A stretch of 61,346 nt of DNA from Candidatus Jorgensenbacteria bacterium (GCA_043807585.1 JAZDFV010000003.1:1-61346); one strand, 5' to 3'. Positions 17,734 through 27,372 are shown, counted from the stretch's first letter. Numbers and translations: made by a program. Notes: generated from the sequence alone by a model not told the origin.

Positions 17734-19029
17734 TTATTTCACCAGCACCATCCGTTTCGTTTCAGTAAAAGCACCGGCCTTCAGCTGATAGAAGTATATG
17801 CCGCTGGGCAGATTAGAACCGTCAAACGTGGCGGTGTATACTCCCGCTCTTTCTGTCTTGTCCACCAGCACCGACACCTCCACACCAAGTATGTTGTACA
17901 CCGCGAGTTTCACATACGTCATACGTGACACTTGATACTCAATACTGGTAGAGGGATTGAACGGGTTCGGGAAATTCTGGGACAGCATGAAAGCGGTTGG
18001 AACGGAAGGATAGTCGTCCACGGCGGTTGGCGTATCAATCGCGCCGTCCACGCGGTAAATCGTGTTCCAAGTTCCGACAAGGAGCGATTTACCCTTGACC
18101 GCAAGCGACTTCACTATGTAAACGGTATCGGCGACGATCTGTGTCCACACCTTCCCGTCATACTTGAGGACCCCGCTCTTTGCTGCGCCCGCTTTCCAGT
18201 CGAATCCCACGAATACAAGATTCGGCTTTACCGCGAGAATCTTCCGCGCCCACCTGTGGGACGTGCCGATTTCCGTAATTCTTGTCCACGACACGCCGTC
18301 ATTCACCGAACGATAGAGGCCGTTCTCGGTGCCAGCGTAGATGGTGCCGTTCGAGTCAGACGCTACAGACCACACATGAAGATCTCCGAGACCCCCATTC
18401 GACTGTTGCCACGTCTTCCCGTCATCGGTTGAACGGAGTATGCCGAGGCCAATGGTGTCCGCAGTGCCTGCGAAGATAGAGCCGGTCCTAGGATTCATCG
18501 CGAGTTCCTCAACGTTGAAGTAGGGGCGGGGGTCGTAGAAGATTTCCCTCCACGTAGCACCGCCGTCGTCCGATTGTGTAATACGGTAACTCATGCCGCC
18601 GAGGATCGAGCCGTCCGGTTTTGCGAGGAAGCAACCCCCCCCGCCAGCGCTCCACACAAAAGTCCAGCTTTTACCCTCATCAGTTGATCGGAAAATACCG
18701 CTACCGGAACCATAGAGAATGGCGTTCGTTTTCTTGTCCCGTATAGCACCGAAGCCAAAGTTTGAGAGAAAGTCCTTTTTGAAGATTCGCTCCCATGTTT
18801 TCCCGTCGTCGGTCGAGCGGAGCAGGCCTCTGTAAGACATTGCCGCGAGGATGTCGCCGTTCTTATCAATCCAGATGGAGTACACGTTCTCGCTCACGCT
18901 GTCGGGCAGAATTTTGTTTACCGTAATATCTGTCGCCACCGATTGTGTCCATACCTTTTGCGGCATGGACAGCACACTCAACGTCAGGGCGAGTGTGAGA
19001 GCCCATGCTTTCGTTTTCATTTCTGTCAC
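17734..19029 (-). CDS. Secreted BNR beta-propeller with T9SS type A CTD (B3)
   Basis: Paralog of B1/B2; QNFPNPFNP; start may be MKTK at 19020. Confidence 0.9.
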   Translation of the reverse strand: MTEMKTKAWALTLALTLSVLSMPQKVWTQSVATDITVNKILPDSVSENVYSIWIDKNGDILAAMSYRGLLRSTDDGKTWERIFKKDFLSNFGFGAIRDKKTNAILYGSGSGIFRSTDEGKSWTFVWSAGGGGCFLAKPDGSILGGMSYRITQSDDGGATWREIFYDPRPYFNVEELAMNPRTGSIFAGTADTIGLGILRSTDDGKTWQQSNGGLGDLHVWSVASDSNGTIYAGTENGLYRSVNDGVSWTRITEIGTSHRWARKILAVKPNLVFVGFDWKAGAAKSGVLKYDGKVWTQIVADTVYIVKSLAVKGKSLLVGTWNTIYRVDGAIDTPTAVDDYPSVPTAFMLSQNFPNPFNPSTSIEYQVSRMTYVKLAVYNILGVEVSVLVDKTERAGVYTATFDGSNLPSGIYFYQLKAGAFTETKRMVLVK

Positions 19030-19173
19030 TCCTTATATTTTGTTGGTAAACCACTGTTATTCTGTTCCCATTATACCACGACTGGTGCCTAAAAGTCAAT
19101 ATTACGAGGAAAGCATGGGGCTTTGTCGAATCGGAGCGCAGAAAAGGGCTTGGGATATGGTATAATAGAAACC

Positions 19174-22152
19174 ATGAGAAAAGCTGTCGGTTTTCTTGCG
19201 CTTTCATTTCTCCTTTCGTTCACTTCCGCGTTCGCGGCTTTCCAAGGACCCGCTAATTTTCAGGGGAAATACGAGGCAAGCCAGGATGCTATTCAATTGA
19301 ACTGGCAGAACGTTGAGAACTATAGCCAGCAGACACTAACGAAGGTCAGTAGTCCTTCTGGTGGGTCACGTGTTTTAAAAGATCAACCCAACCCAGCTAC
19401 CGGTCAGCAAACTTTCTCCGACACAAACCAGGGGCAGGAGTTTGCCCGCGGCGCGTATCAGTACCAACTTTCCACAACCAAGGGCGGCGAGATACAAACG
19501 TCCGATCTCTCCGTTCCCATCATGCCGGAGGACTCGAACATCGTGATCGTGAAGACGACTACCGGGGGCCCGCCAGCCGTCGAGGGTTACATCTTAACCT
19601 GCCTCGGGAGTACCACCTCCACCATCAGCCTCGCGTGGAGCGGGAATGTCTCGGGCACCCACACCCTAAACCTCTACCGGAGTACCAGTGCCTCGGGGGT
19701 GCTTGGCGGGAGCCGTACGCTCGTGGCACCCCCGCCTACACTTACTACCGGGAGCGGTTCCTACACCGACGCAACCGGTCTCGCAGAAAATACCAACTAC
19801 TGGTACCGCCTGGAGTGGGGGGGCAGCGGCACCACCCAACAGTGCCGCACCGCCGCCGAAAGCCCTCCTCCCACTCCGGCCGGCGCCGATGTGCCGTCGT
19901 TCCTGAACGTTTGGGCGCTATCGCCCTCATCGCTCTACGTGAACTGGAAGGACAATTCGGTGGTTGCGCACACCTTCGACCTCCAGCGGGTGAAGCTCAC
20001 ACCCGCGCCGCCCGTATTCCCCTACACGGATGCCACCGGGAAGAAAGGCGTGGAGACCGTGAGCGATACCGCAATCAAACTCTATTGGAAGAATCTTACC
20101 AATACCCAGACGCTGAAGGGCCCCTACTACCACCTCGTGGAACGGAGCACGTCGAGCACCCCATTTGCGGATCCTGACAATGACGGGGACCTCGACGAGC
20201 ACGACCCGTCGTTCACAAAAATCCCGTGGGCGTTCACGGATGACGTGGATGTGGCGAGCACGCGCACGATCTACGAGCAGACGAGCACCGGCCTCACCGA
20301 GGGCACCAACTACTACTACCGTATGAAGGGGTGCTCATTCGTGCGGGCCGATGTCACCCGCGAGCAACCGCCGCCGGGACCCCAGAACGACGTACCCGAG
20401 GATATCTGCGGTGCGTACCAGAGCGGTGGTGTGGTGTACCTCGCGACGACGACGCTCCCGGCCTCGCCGCAGGGGGTTGAGTTCACAAATGTAACCACGA
20501 GTAGTCTCGCCCTCCGGTGGAAGGACTACTCCCAAAGAGAGAGCGGGTTTGCGCTTGCGGTGTTCCCTGCGCCGGGGGCGGGGAACTGCACCACCGGACA
20601 ATGCACCGCACCGGTGAACGCGGCGATGCCACCCGCAGGCCAGACGTACTCGTTCACTGCGCCATTCACCGTCACGGGGCTTCAGCCCGGAACGTCTTAC
20701 GCCGTCGCTATCCGCGCGTTCCGTGACGGCACGTGGGGGCGTGCGTTCTCTCCGGGGGTGTCGCCATCAAACTCTACCACGACCGACTCCTACGTCATGG
20801 TTGCCTCGCCGGACGGTGGCACTATCGGGGGCGACTGCACGAGCGGTCAGACCTGCTATTTCAGCTATGGCCATTCGGTAACCCTCACCGCGTCCGCGTC
20901 CGGCGAGTACGAATTTACACAGTGGACCGGTGGACCCTGCACTAACTCCACGAACGCGACATGCACTTTCCCAATTACCGGGAACGTGAGCGTGAACGCG
21001 CTCTTCACGGAAAACCCCAAGGTTGTAGTTGCCTCGCCGAGCGGCGGCACGATCGGGGGCGACTGCGAGAGTGGCAAGACCTGCTACTTTGTTCCCAATA
21101 CCTCGGTAACCCTTACCGCGACAGCGGACGGCGGGTACGAATTCACGAAGTGGAACGACGGGCCTTGCAATAACTCCACGAACGCGACGTGCACTTTCCC
21201 AATTACCGGGAACGTGACCGTGAACGCGCTTTTCACAAGGGTGGTGCTCCAGGAAACCGTATCTGTAAACGCATTTGTGGGGGCGACTGCGACCTCGACC
21301 GCTTTTAACTTCTCCCTCGTTGATCCGAATGGCAAGACCGTGGCCTCGGGGGTGAACAATGTTCCCACCTCGACGACCGCGAACTATCCCACCGGTTCGG
21401 ATAAGAAGTTTACCTTCACCTACGTGAGTGGGGGACCTCCCGGTATGGTCTTTGAGAAGATCGTCCATTTGAACTCAACCGGCAGTGGCGCGCCGACATT
21501 TAACACGTTCACCGGTCAAGGATTCATTGGTGAAGACGGCGGTTGGCTCAAGTACGACGTGTACTTCACGACGGCGAGCGGCATGCTCCCCACACGGAAT
21601 CTCTATGCAAATGTCACGGAGTCCCTCCGGACCGTCATAGAGTGGTTCTCGGCCGTCGGCACGCGCGTGAGAGTAGGAGCGACAGCGCTCGCGGGGGACT
21701 TTGCGGCGGCGGTGAGAGGATTATTTGCGACCGCGGCCGCATCGGTGGAGCTCCGGACCGTGGGCGGAGTGACCCTCACCCGGGACCAGTTGGATGCCTA
21801 CTTTGACCGATTCACGCCGTCGGGGTGGCAGGGATCCCACGCCGAGCGGAACCTCTCGGTCTTCACCGATACCGGGCTTGCGGCGGATACCGCCTATCTC
21901 TACCGAGTGCGCGCATGTAGCGGCGGCACCTGCACGGTGTATTCCGATGCAGCGGCGGGCAAAACGCTCTCGGGGAGTGCGGTAGAGAGCGGTGTGGTCA
22001 AGGTGTGCGTGCGGAATAACTTCTGCGGTACAAAGACGCGCTACATCGTGCCGGGATCGTCGCCACTGATCGCATCTGATGACCAGTGCGCGCTGAATAT
22101 CCACTGCCGCGACGTGGGCACCTCCCGCCAGTTCTTCGAGGAGACCCGGTAA
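19174..22152 (+). CDS. ~992-aa secreted surface protein with FN3-like domains and two ~76-aa InlB-B-repeat-like units (A3)
   Basis: Signal peptide; W...Y.YRV FN3 patterns; 228-nt internal repeat at ~20800 and ~21028. Confidence 0.8.
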   Translation: MRKAVGFLALSFLLSFTSAFAAFQGPANFQGKYEASQDAIQLNWQNVENYSQQTLTKVSSPSGGSRVLKDQPNPATGQQTFSDTNQGQEFARGAYQYQLSTTKGGEIQTSDLSVPIMPEDSNIVIVKTTTGGPPAVEGYILTCLGSTTSTISLAWSGNVSGTHTLNLYRSTSASGVLGGSRTLVAPPPTLTTGSGSYTDATGLAENTNYWYRLEWGGSGTTQQCRTAAESPPPTPAGADVPSFLNVWALSPSSLYVNWKDNSVVAHTFDLQRVKLTPAPPVFPYTDATGKKGVETVSDTAIKLYWKNLTNTQTLKGPYYHLVERSTSSTPFADPDNDGDLDEHDPSFTKIPWAFTDDVDVASTRTIYEQTSTGLTEGTNYYYRMKGCSFVRADVTREQPPPGPQNDVPEDICGAYQSGGVVYLATTTLPASPQGVEFTNVTTSSLALRWKDYSQRESGFALAVFPAPGAGNCTTGQCTAPVNAAMPPAGQTYSFTAPFTVTGLQPGTSYAVAIRAFRDGTWGRAFSPGVSPSNSTTTDSYVMVASPDGGTIGGDCTSGQTCYFSYGHSVTLTASASGEYEFTQWTGGPCTNSTNATCTFPITGNVSVNALFTENPKVVVASPSGGTIGGDCESGKTCYFVPNTSVTLTATADGGYEFTKWNDGPCNNSTNATCTFPITGNVTVNALFTRVVLQETVSVNAFVGATATSTAFNFSLVDPNGKTVASGVNNVPTSTTANYPTGSDKKFTFTYVSGGPPGMVFEKIVHLNSTGSGAPTFNTFTGQGFIGEDGGWLKYDVYFTTASGMLPTRNLYANVTESLRTVIEWFSAVGTRVRVGATALAGDFAAAVRGLFATAAASVELRTVGGVTLTRDQLDAYFDRFTPSGWQGSHAERNLSVFTDTGLAADTAYLYRVRACSGGTCTVYSDAAAGKTLSGSAVESGVVKVCVRNNFCGTKTRYIVPGSSPLIASDDQCALNIHCRDVGTSRQFFEETR

Positions 22153-22414
22153 GGGGAACTTACAACTTACAACCTACAACTGACAACCAGTTTTGGTTTC
22201 GGAAGTTCTACCCACGCACCAGTCCCGCTTAGCGGGGCGGTACGGGGTTTTGCTATAGTCAACTTGTATGTTATACTGACGATCGTCAGTATAACATACA
22301 ATTCCACGGAACCCCAAATGTACCCCACGCATAACCCCTTGTTTATGTGTGGGGTGGAAAGAAGCCGCGGACGCAAGAGAAAGGCCGACTCAGATTTTTG
22401 AGTCGGCCTTTGGT

Positions 22415-23050
22415 TTACGCGCGACAGCTTTGCAGCGCTCCCGTGAGCGACTGGAGAACGATCCACCGCACGTCGTCCGATGTCTCCACCTCGCGCTCGG
22501 GAGGGGTGAGGAACGTGAGCACTTCCCGGTGGGCGGGGATGAGGCGCCGTGCTCCGCGGAATGCCCCTCCCGCCGCAAACGCGGCAAGGGGGCTCTCGAC
22601 TACGCCGAGGGTGCGGTTCGCCGCATGGATCACGGTGCCTTCGCCGGTTGCCAGCCCCACATGCCCTATGCCGTCGGCGGGGTCGGTGAGGTAGTAGTCA
22701 ATGGAGCCGGAGCGGAATACGAGGTCACCGGCCATGAGGTCGGGGAGCGCGATCTGCGCGCCGAGTTCCCGCTGCTGGATGGAGCGGCGGGGGAGCCAGA
22801 TGCCGCGCTCTCCGTAGAGCCATTTCACAAAACTTGAACAATCCACCACCTCCGGCGCTTCGCTCACCCGCGCCCCGCGGCGGTAGGTGGCGATGCCAAC
22901 CCGTGCGCGCGCGAGCGCGACCACGTCCACCGCCACTATCCGAAATCCCTTCGCGGCGAGCGATATAATCACCCCTTCTTTCGGGAGAGGAACGCCGAGC
23001 GCTGCAAGATCAACGGCGCAACGGTTCTTCACCGCACGATATTCGGCCAT
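22415..23050 (-). CDS. NlpC/P60 family cell-wall peptidase
   Basis: DCSSFV, GDLVF, GHVGL, IHA motifs; start MAEY. Confidence 0.85.
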   Translation of the reverse strand: MAEYRAVKNRCAVDLAALGVPLPKEGVIISLAAKGFRIVAVDVVALARARVGIATYRRGARVSEAPEVVDCSSFVKWLYGERGIWLPRRSIQQRELGAQIALPDLMAGDLVFRSGSIDYYLTDPADGIGHVGLATGEGTVIHAANRTLGVVESPLAAFAAGGAFRGARRLIPAHREVLTFLTPPEREVETSDDVRWIVLQSLTGALQSCRA

Positions 23051-23100
23051 GACGCCACGCCTTCCTTTCTTTTCGTTGTGTATGTAAAAGAGCAAAAAAC

Positions 23101-23268
23101 AAAAACCTGCCCCAGGAGGGCAGGCTTCGAGGTCTCGCGGAAAACTCAAGACCTCCCCTCTGGGTCAGGGTTGGGGAAAGGGGAGAGGGAGGCGAATCCG
23201 GACCACGTTCGTATCGTCTTCGTATGGAGCATGGTTTTTTATGGTAGCCGGTGAGCGGGAGAAGTCAA
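23101..23268 (-). promoter_or_regulatory. Putative attenuator leader: promoter, 28-aa uORF (23146-23232), hairpins and terminator
   Basis: TTGACT-16-TACCAT; MLHTKTIRTWSGFASLSPFPNPDPEGRS*; cctgccc...gggcagg plus T-tract upstream of NlpC/P60. Confidence 0.45.
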
Positions 23269-23563
23269 CCCCGCACCAGACCAAGTGCCATCATCCCTGC
23301 GGGAGATCTCTCGAAGGGAGACAACGCCTAGACGCCCCTCCAGAAAACACGGTTTTATTTCAAAGCATCGCGGCGGTTGAAGAAACGCCGCGCTTTAAGA
23401 GAGCATTGTGGGGAGCCTTGCCTGCTCGCCTCGCTAAAGCTCTGGCGAAGCGGGTCGGTAGGCAGGGAAACTTCGACATAGCACCCATTTTACCCACTTA
23501 CAAAGCCATGGCTTTTTATCTGGGGAAACACCTCTTATGAGTGGTTAGGTGATTGGGGAGGAG

Positions 23564-23599
23564 AAGGATCCGCTCCGACTTAAGTCGGAGCGGATCCTT
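23564..23599. terminator. Perfect 36-bp palindrome at the comF stop
   Basis: aaggatccgctccgactt|aagtcggagcggatcctt. Confidence 0.65.
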
Positions 23600-24360
23600 T
23601 ACGCTCTCGCAACGACGACGCCGATGATACCATTCGCGCCGCCTCCTTGGAGTGCCTCTGCTGCTTCCTTCATGGTGGCGCCGGAAGTGAACACATCATC
23701 CACGAGGAATACCGTTTTCCCGCGGATGAGCTCGGGGCGCTTGAGCGTGAAGCAGTGTGCCACGTTTGCCCGACGCTTTTCTTCATTTGCTTCCTTTGCC
23801 TGCGGAGGGGTGTTGCGTGTCCGCGCGAGCGCGTCAGGGAGGACCGCGGCGCGTGAGAGCGGTTCGGTCCCGGTGAGCGCCTCCGCGATGAGTGCGGCCT
23901 GGTTGAACCCGCGCTCCCGGAGGCGTCGCGGATGGAGCGGGATGGGGACAATGACCAGGTCGCCGGCCGCTGAAGGCGCCCCGCGGAGCGTTGCGGCGAG
24001 GTAGGGGAGAAGAACTTTGAGGAGCGGCGCAAGCGCCATCTTCGTCCGCTCGTACTTCAATGTCCGGATGAGCGCGCGGACAGCGGGGTTTGCATAGCCC
24101 GCAGCGGCGGCGAGGATGAAGTGTTCCCGCGGATGGCAGCGGGGATGGGTTGAGGCAAGCGGCGGAGGGAGGCGCGCGCCGCAGCGGGGACAGGAGAATC
24201 CGTCCCGCAGCGCGATGGTCCCGAAGCACCTCTCGCAGATGGCGGCGCGGCGCGGGGTCGGTGGGAGAAGATTCGCGCACGCGGCGCAGTGGGGCGGGAA
24301 GAGCGTATCAAGGGTTGCTTCCCACAGCAGGCGGAGAATATGATGACCCGCGCGTTCCAT
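23599..24360 (-). CDS. comF: ComF family competence protein (Zn ribbon + PRTase)
   Basis: LFPPHCAAC, PIPLH..R.RERGFNQA, LVDDVFTSGAT. Confidence 0.92.
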   Translation of the reverse strand: MERAGHHILRLLWEATLDTLFPPHCAACANLLPPTPRRAAICERCFGTIALRDGFSCPRCGARLPPPLASTHPRCHPREHFILAAAAGYANPAVRALIRTLKYERTKMALAPLLKVLLPYLAATLRGAPSAAGDLVIVPIPLHPRRLRERGFNQAALIAEALTGTEPLSRAAVLPDALARTRNTPPQAKEANEEKRRANVAHCFTLKRPELIRGKTVFLVDDVFTSGATMKEAAEALQGGGANGIIGVVVARA

Positions 24361-24389
24361 TACTCCTCATTCTACCCCACCGTGTTACA

Positions 24390-25502
24390 ATGGACGCAAT
24401 GGGTTTGAAAAGCATCACCTCCAATTTTTTCACCGACATCAAGAACTTTTTGAGCTTCGGGCGCGTGCTCGGCGTGGACATCGGCACCGCCTCGGTGAAG
24501 ATGGTGGAGCTCGCGCGGAAAGGCGATGTGATATCGCTTGAGAACTACGGTGTGCTCCAGATGCGGGAGCACCTGGTGCGCGCGAATGCCGCCCTCCAAT
24601 CGAGCTCGCTCAAGCTCGACGAGCAGGAAGCCATCCGCCTCCTCAAGATCCTCCTCTCCGAGGTGAGGCCGAAGGCGGGGAAGGTCATCGCCTCGGTACC
24701 ATCATTCTCCTCGTTCGCGGTGCCAATCGAGATGCCTTTACTTACGCGGGAGGAGACCGAGAAGTCGATGGTGTTCCAAGCACGGCAATACATCCCCATG
24801 CCTGCGGGGGAGATGACCATCGAGTGGGAGAAGGTGGGAGAGTTTGAGAACCAGCAGGGGCAGCGCATGCAGCGGGTGCTCGTCTCGGCGATTCCGAACG
24901 CCTTGATCGCGAAGTATCAAGCCATTTTCCGTGCAGCAGGTCTCCAACTCGTTTCGCTCGAATCGGAGGGCGCGGCACTCGCGCGCGCTCTGTTCTCGCC
25001 CAATGATCGTTCCACGCTCCTCGTAGACATCGGAACGGAGTCAACCGCCATCGTGGTGGTAAATGGGTTGACGGTCCAGCAGATTGCGCAGACCGATTAC
25101 GGCGGGATTTCCCTCACCCAGGCGCTCGCGCGCGGTCTCGGCATCAGTGTCACCCGTGCTGAGGAGCTCAAGTGGCGGCGCGGCCTCCTTGGGGGCGGCG
25201 CCGAGGCGGAGTTGTCAACATCGCTACTGCCGTTTTTAGATGTTATAATACAGGAGTGTGAGCGGGTGCGCGTGCTCTATGAGCGAATGTTCAGAGCGCG
25301 CGTAGAGCGGCTCATGCTTGCGGGCGGCGGCGCGAACCTCCGCGGGATCGGGGAATATTTCAGTGAGCGTCTCGGGCTTCCACTCGCAGAGCCGCGTCCG
25401 TTCACCCACGTTACATACCCGAGCGAGCTCGAGCCGACAATGCAGTTCCTGAACCGAGAGCTCCCCGTGGCGGCGGGCCTCGCGCTCCGGTTCTACCGGT
25501 GA
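24390..25502 (+). CDS. pilM: Type IV pilus assembly protein PilM
   Basis: LGVDIGTASVK, LLVDIG, LAGGGA actin-like motifs; first gene of the pilus cluster. Confidence 0.9.
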   Translation: MDAMGLKSITSNFFTDIKNFLSFGRVLGVDIGTASVKMVELARKGDVISLENYGVLQMREHLVRANAALQSSSLKLDEQEAIRLLKILLSEVRPKAGKVIASVPSFSSFAVPIEMPLLTREETEKSMVFQARQYIPMPAGEMTIEWEKVGEFENQQGQRMQRVLVSAIPNALIAKYQAIFRAAGLQLVSLESEGAALARALFSPNDRSTLLVDIGTESTAIVVVNGLTVQQIAQTDYGGISLTQALARGLGISVTRAEELKWRRGLLGGGAEAELSTSLLPFLDVIIQECERVRVLYERMFRARVERLMLAGGGANLRGIGEYFSERLGLPLAEPRPFTHVTYPSELEPTMQFLNRELPVAAGLALRFYR

Positions 25503-25601
25503 CTAACGATGACTAATGACCATGACGATGACAGTAATGACAATAACTGTAACAATAACGACGAAGAAAAGTCATAGTCATTGTTATCGTTATAGTAAAC
25601 C

Positions 25602-26168
25602 ATGAACGGCACCCCATCTCCCCAAACAAATGTGAGCAGCCAGTTCGTTACCGAGAAGCTGCCAGTCGGGTGGCCATGGCGGCTCCTGGTGTTTTCCATC
25701 GTCATTTTTGCGTTCACTCTTCTTGTTTTCTTCGGCATCAAGTTCGGGTACACCGCTTTTCTCGATAAGAAATCATCCGACCTGGACAGCTCGCTCAATA
25801 AGCTCTCGGAAGAGGTGAGCGTGACGGACCAAAGTCGGTTCGTGGGTTTTTACTCGCAAATCGTGAATCTGAAGAGCGTGCTCGACCGGCACCTCTTCAG
25901 TGCCAATCTTTTTACTTTCCTCGAGCAGAATGTGATTGACGGGGTGGTGTTCACCGAGGCCAAGTTCAGCGGCTTGGACCGAGCACTCAACCTTCAGGGA
26001 ACCGCCTCGTCCTTCGATGCCATTGCCCAGCAGATGGCGGTGTTTGCGAAGGTGCGCGAGGTTCAAAAGGTGCTCCTCGAGGACGCGAACGTCGGTAGCG
26101 GAAACGCCGCTTTCAGGCTCTCGGTGGTTTTCACCGACGCGTTTTTCAAGAAACTTTTAACACCATGA
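25602..26168 (+). CDS. pilN: PilN-like bitopic membrane protein
   Basis: Single N-terminal TM; L.G.A.SF..IA.Q pattern; position after pilM. Confidence 0.7.
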   Translation: MNGTPSPQTNVSSQFVTEKLPVGWPWRLLVFSIVIFAFTLLVFFGIKFGYTAFLDKKSSDLDSSLNKLSEEVSVTDQSRFVGFYSQIVNLKSVLDRHLFSANLFTFLEQNVIDGVVFTEAKFSGLDRALNLQGTASSFDAIAQQMAVFAKVREVQKVLLEDANVGSGNAAFRLSVVFTDAFFKKLLTP

Positions 26169-26725
26169 GAGTCTCCACCAAACGCGTTTTAAGCATCGGG
26201 TTGTCCCTCCTGTTCATCTTGGGGGCGCTCGCGGTCTACGGTAATTTCATCCGCGGCGCCATGAGCGACGTTGGTAAGCTCCGCGCGCTCGTGGCTTCCA
26301 AATCGAGTCTGTTCGCGAACCAGCGGCAGGCGGTGGGGCAGGTGAAGGATCTCATTGCGCAGTTCCAGAACGCGAGCAGGCTTCAGGAGACCGTTTCGCT
26401 CGCCATGCCGAATGACGAACAGGCGATCCAGGCGCTCAGGCAGATAGAGGCGGTGGTGCGGACGAGCGCGGTTGTTCTAGGAAGCGTAGATTTCAAAACT
26501 GCCACGCTCCCAAAGGTGAGGGGAGAATCCTTCGTGGGTCGCTTGGGGGTGGTTGAGATGCATCTGCGTGCTGACGGCGCCTACGGGAATCTCAAACAAT
26601 TTATGCAGCTTCTCGAGTCAGGCGTGCGAGTTTCCAACGTGACGGAGTTCGACTATATTGCAGGGGGAGCGCGCCCCACGGACTCTCTTGCCCTCACGGT
26701 CGAAACCTATTACCAGCAGAAATGA
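26165..26725 (+). CDS. pilO: PilO-like protein
   Basis: N-terminal TM; G.Y.NLKQFM..LE...R pattern; overlaps pilN stop. Confidence 0.75.
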   Translation: MRVSTKRVLSIGLSLLFILGALAVYGNFIRGAMSDVGKLRALVASKSSLFANQRQAVGQVKDLIAQFQNASRLQETVSLAMPNDEQAIQALRQIEAVVRTSAVVLGSVDFKTATLPKVRGESFVGRLGVVEMHLRADGAYGNLKQFMQLLESGVRVSNVTEFDYIAGGARPTDSLALTVETYYQQK

Positions 26726-26870
26726 CGATGACTATGACGATGACTATGACGATGACTATGACCGTAGCTACGGCTATATTAAGAATTTCAGATGGACAAC
26801 AAAAAAATTGGCGGATGGTATCCGCATAAATCAGCCAAAATCCGCGTCAATCAGCGTTTAGCAAATAACT

Positions 26871-27158
26871 ATGGCCATTGTCGTTGAAGAGGAAAAGAAA
26901 ACCAACTGGGTTACCGTCATCACCGTGGTGGTGATCCTCGCCGTGGTGTTCATCGGGGGGTATTACCTTTTCTTCCAAAACCCGGGGCTCATTGAGGTGG
27001 TGGTGCCGGACCGCCTCCAGCAGCTGAACGAACTCTCGCAGGCGAAGTTTGACCCCAACGCGGTTTTGGATTCCCCGGTGTTCAAAGCGCTCCGCGACTA
27101 CTCCACTCCACTCGTGCTTCCGCAGGCGGGACGGGCAAACCCCTTCCAGCCAAAGTGA
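26871..27158 (+). CDS. Small bitopic pilus accessory protein (possible PilP-like)
   Basis: 95 aa with one TM; ends GRANPF. Confidence 0.6.
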   Translation: MAIVVEEEKKTNWVTVITVVVILAVVFIGGYYLFFQNPGLIEVVVPDRLQQLNELSQAKFDPNAVLDSPVFKALRDYSTPLVLPQAGRANPFQPK

Positions 27159-27372
27159 AGGGCTTCGTCTAAAATTTCGAGCCGCAGGCGAAGGAATTTT
27201 AGTGACGAAACCTTCACCCAGCACATAAGTTCATAGAAACGTTGGAAAATAAAAAAGACTTACTTACCTCTGCAAAAACTAATTTTGTGATAAGAAACAT
27301 CCAATTGAATTTATGTGCTGGGTGCTCAATGTGGTGGGACATTCGACCGAGCTCAGTCGAGGGCCTGAATTT
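27158..27372. mobile_element. Composite MITE/REP-like element
   Basis: Outer ends shared with 31976 and 45019; inner IR cacccagcacataa...ttatgtgctgggtg. Confidence 0.6.

Noticed and set aside
1-19029. Classical integron
   Set aside because: No intI, and I could not find attC R''/R' (RYYYAAC...GTTRRRY) boxes around the cassettes. An IntegronFinder run would be decisive.
9111-19029. Diversity-generating retroelement
   Set aside because: No reverse transcriptase in the window; paralog differences are blockwise and not adenine-specific.
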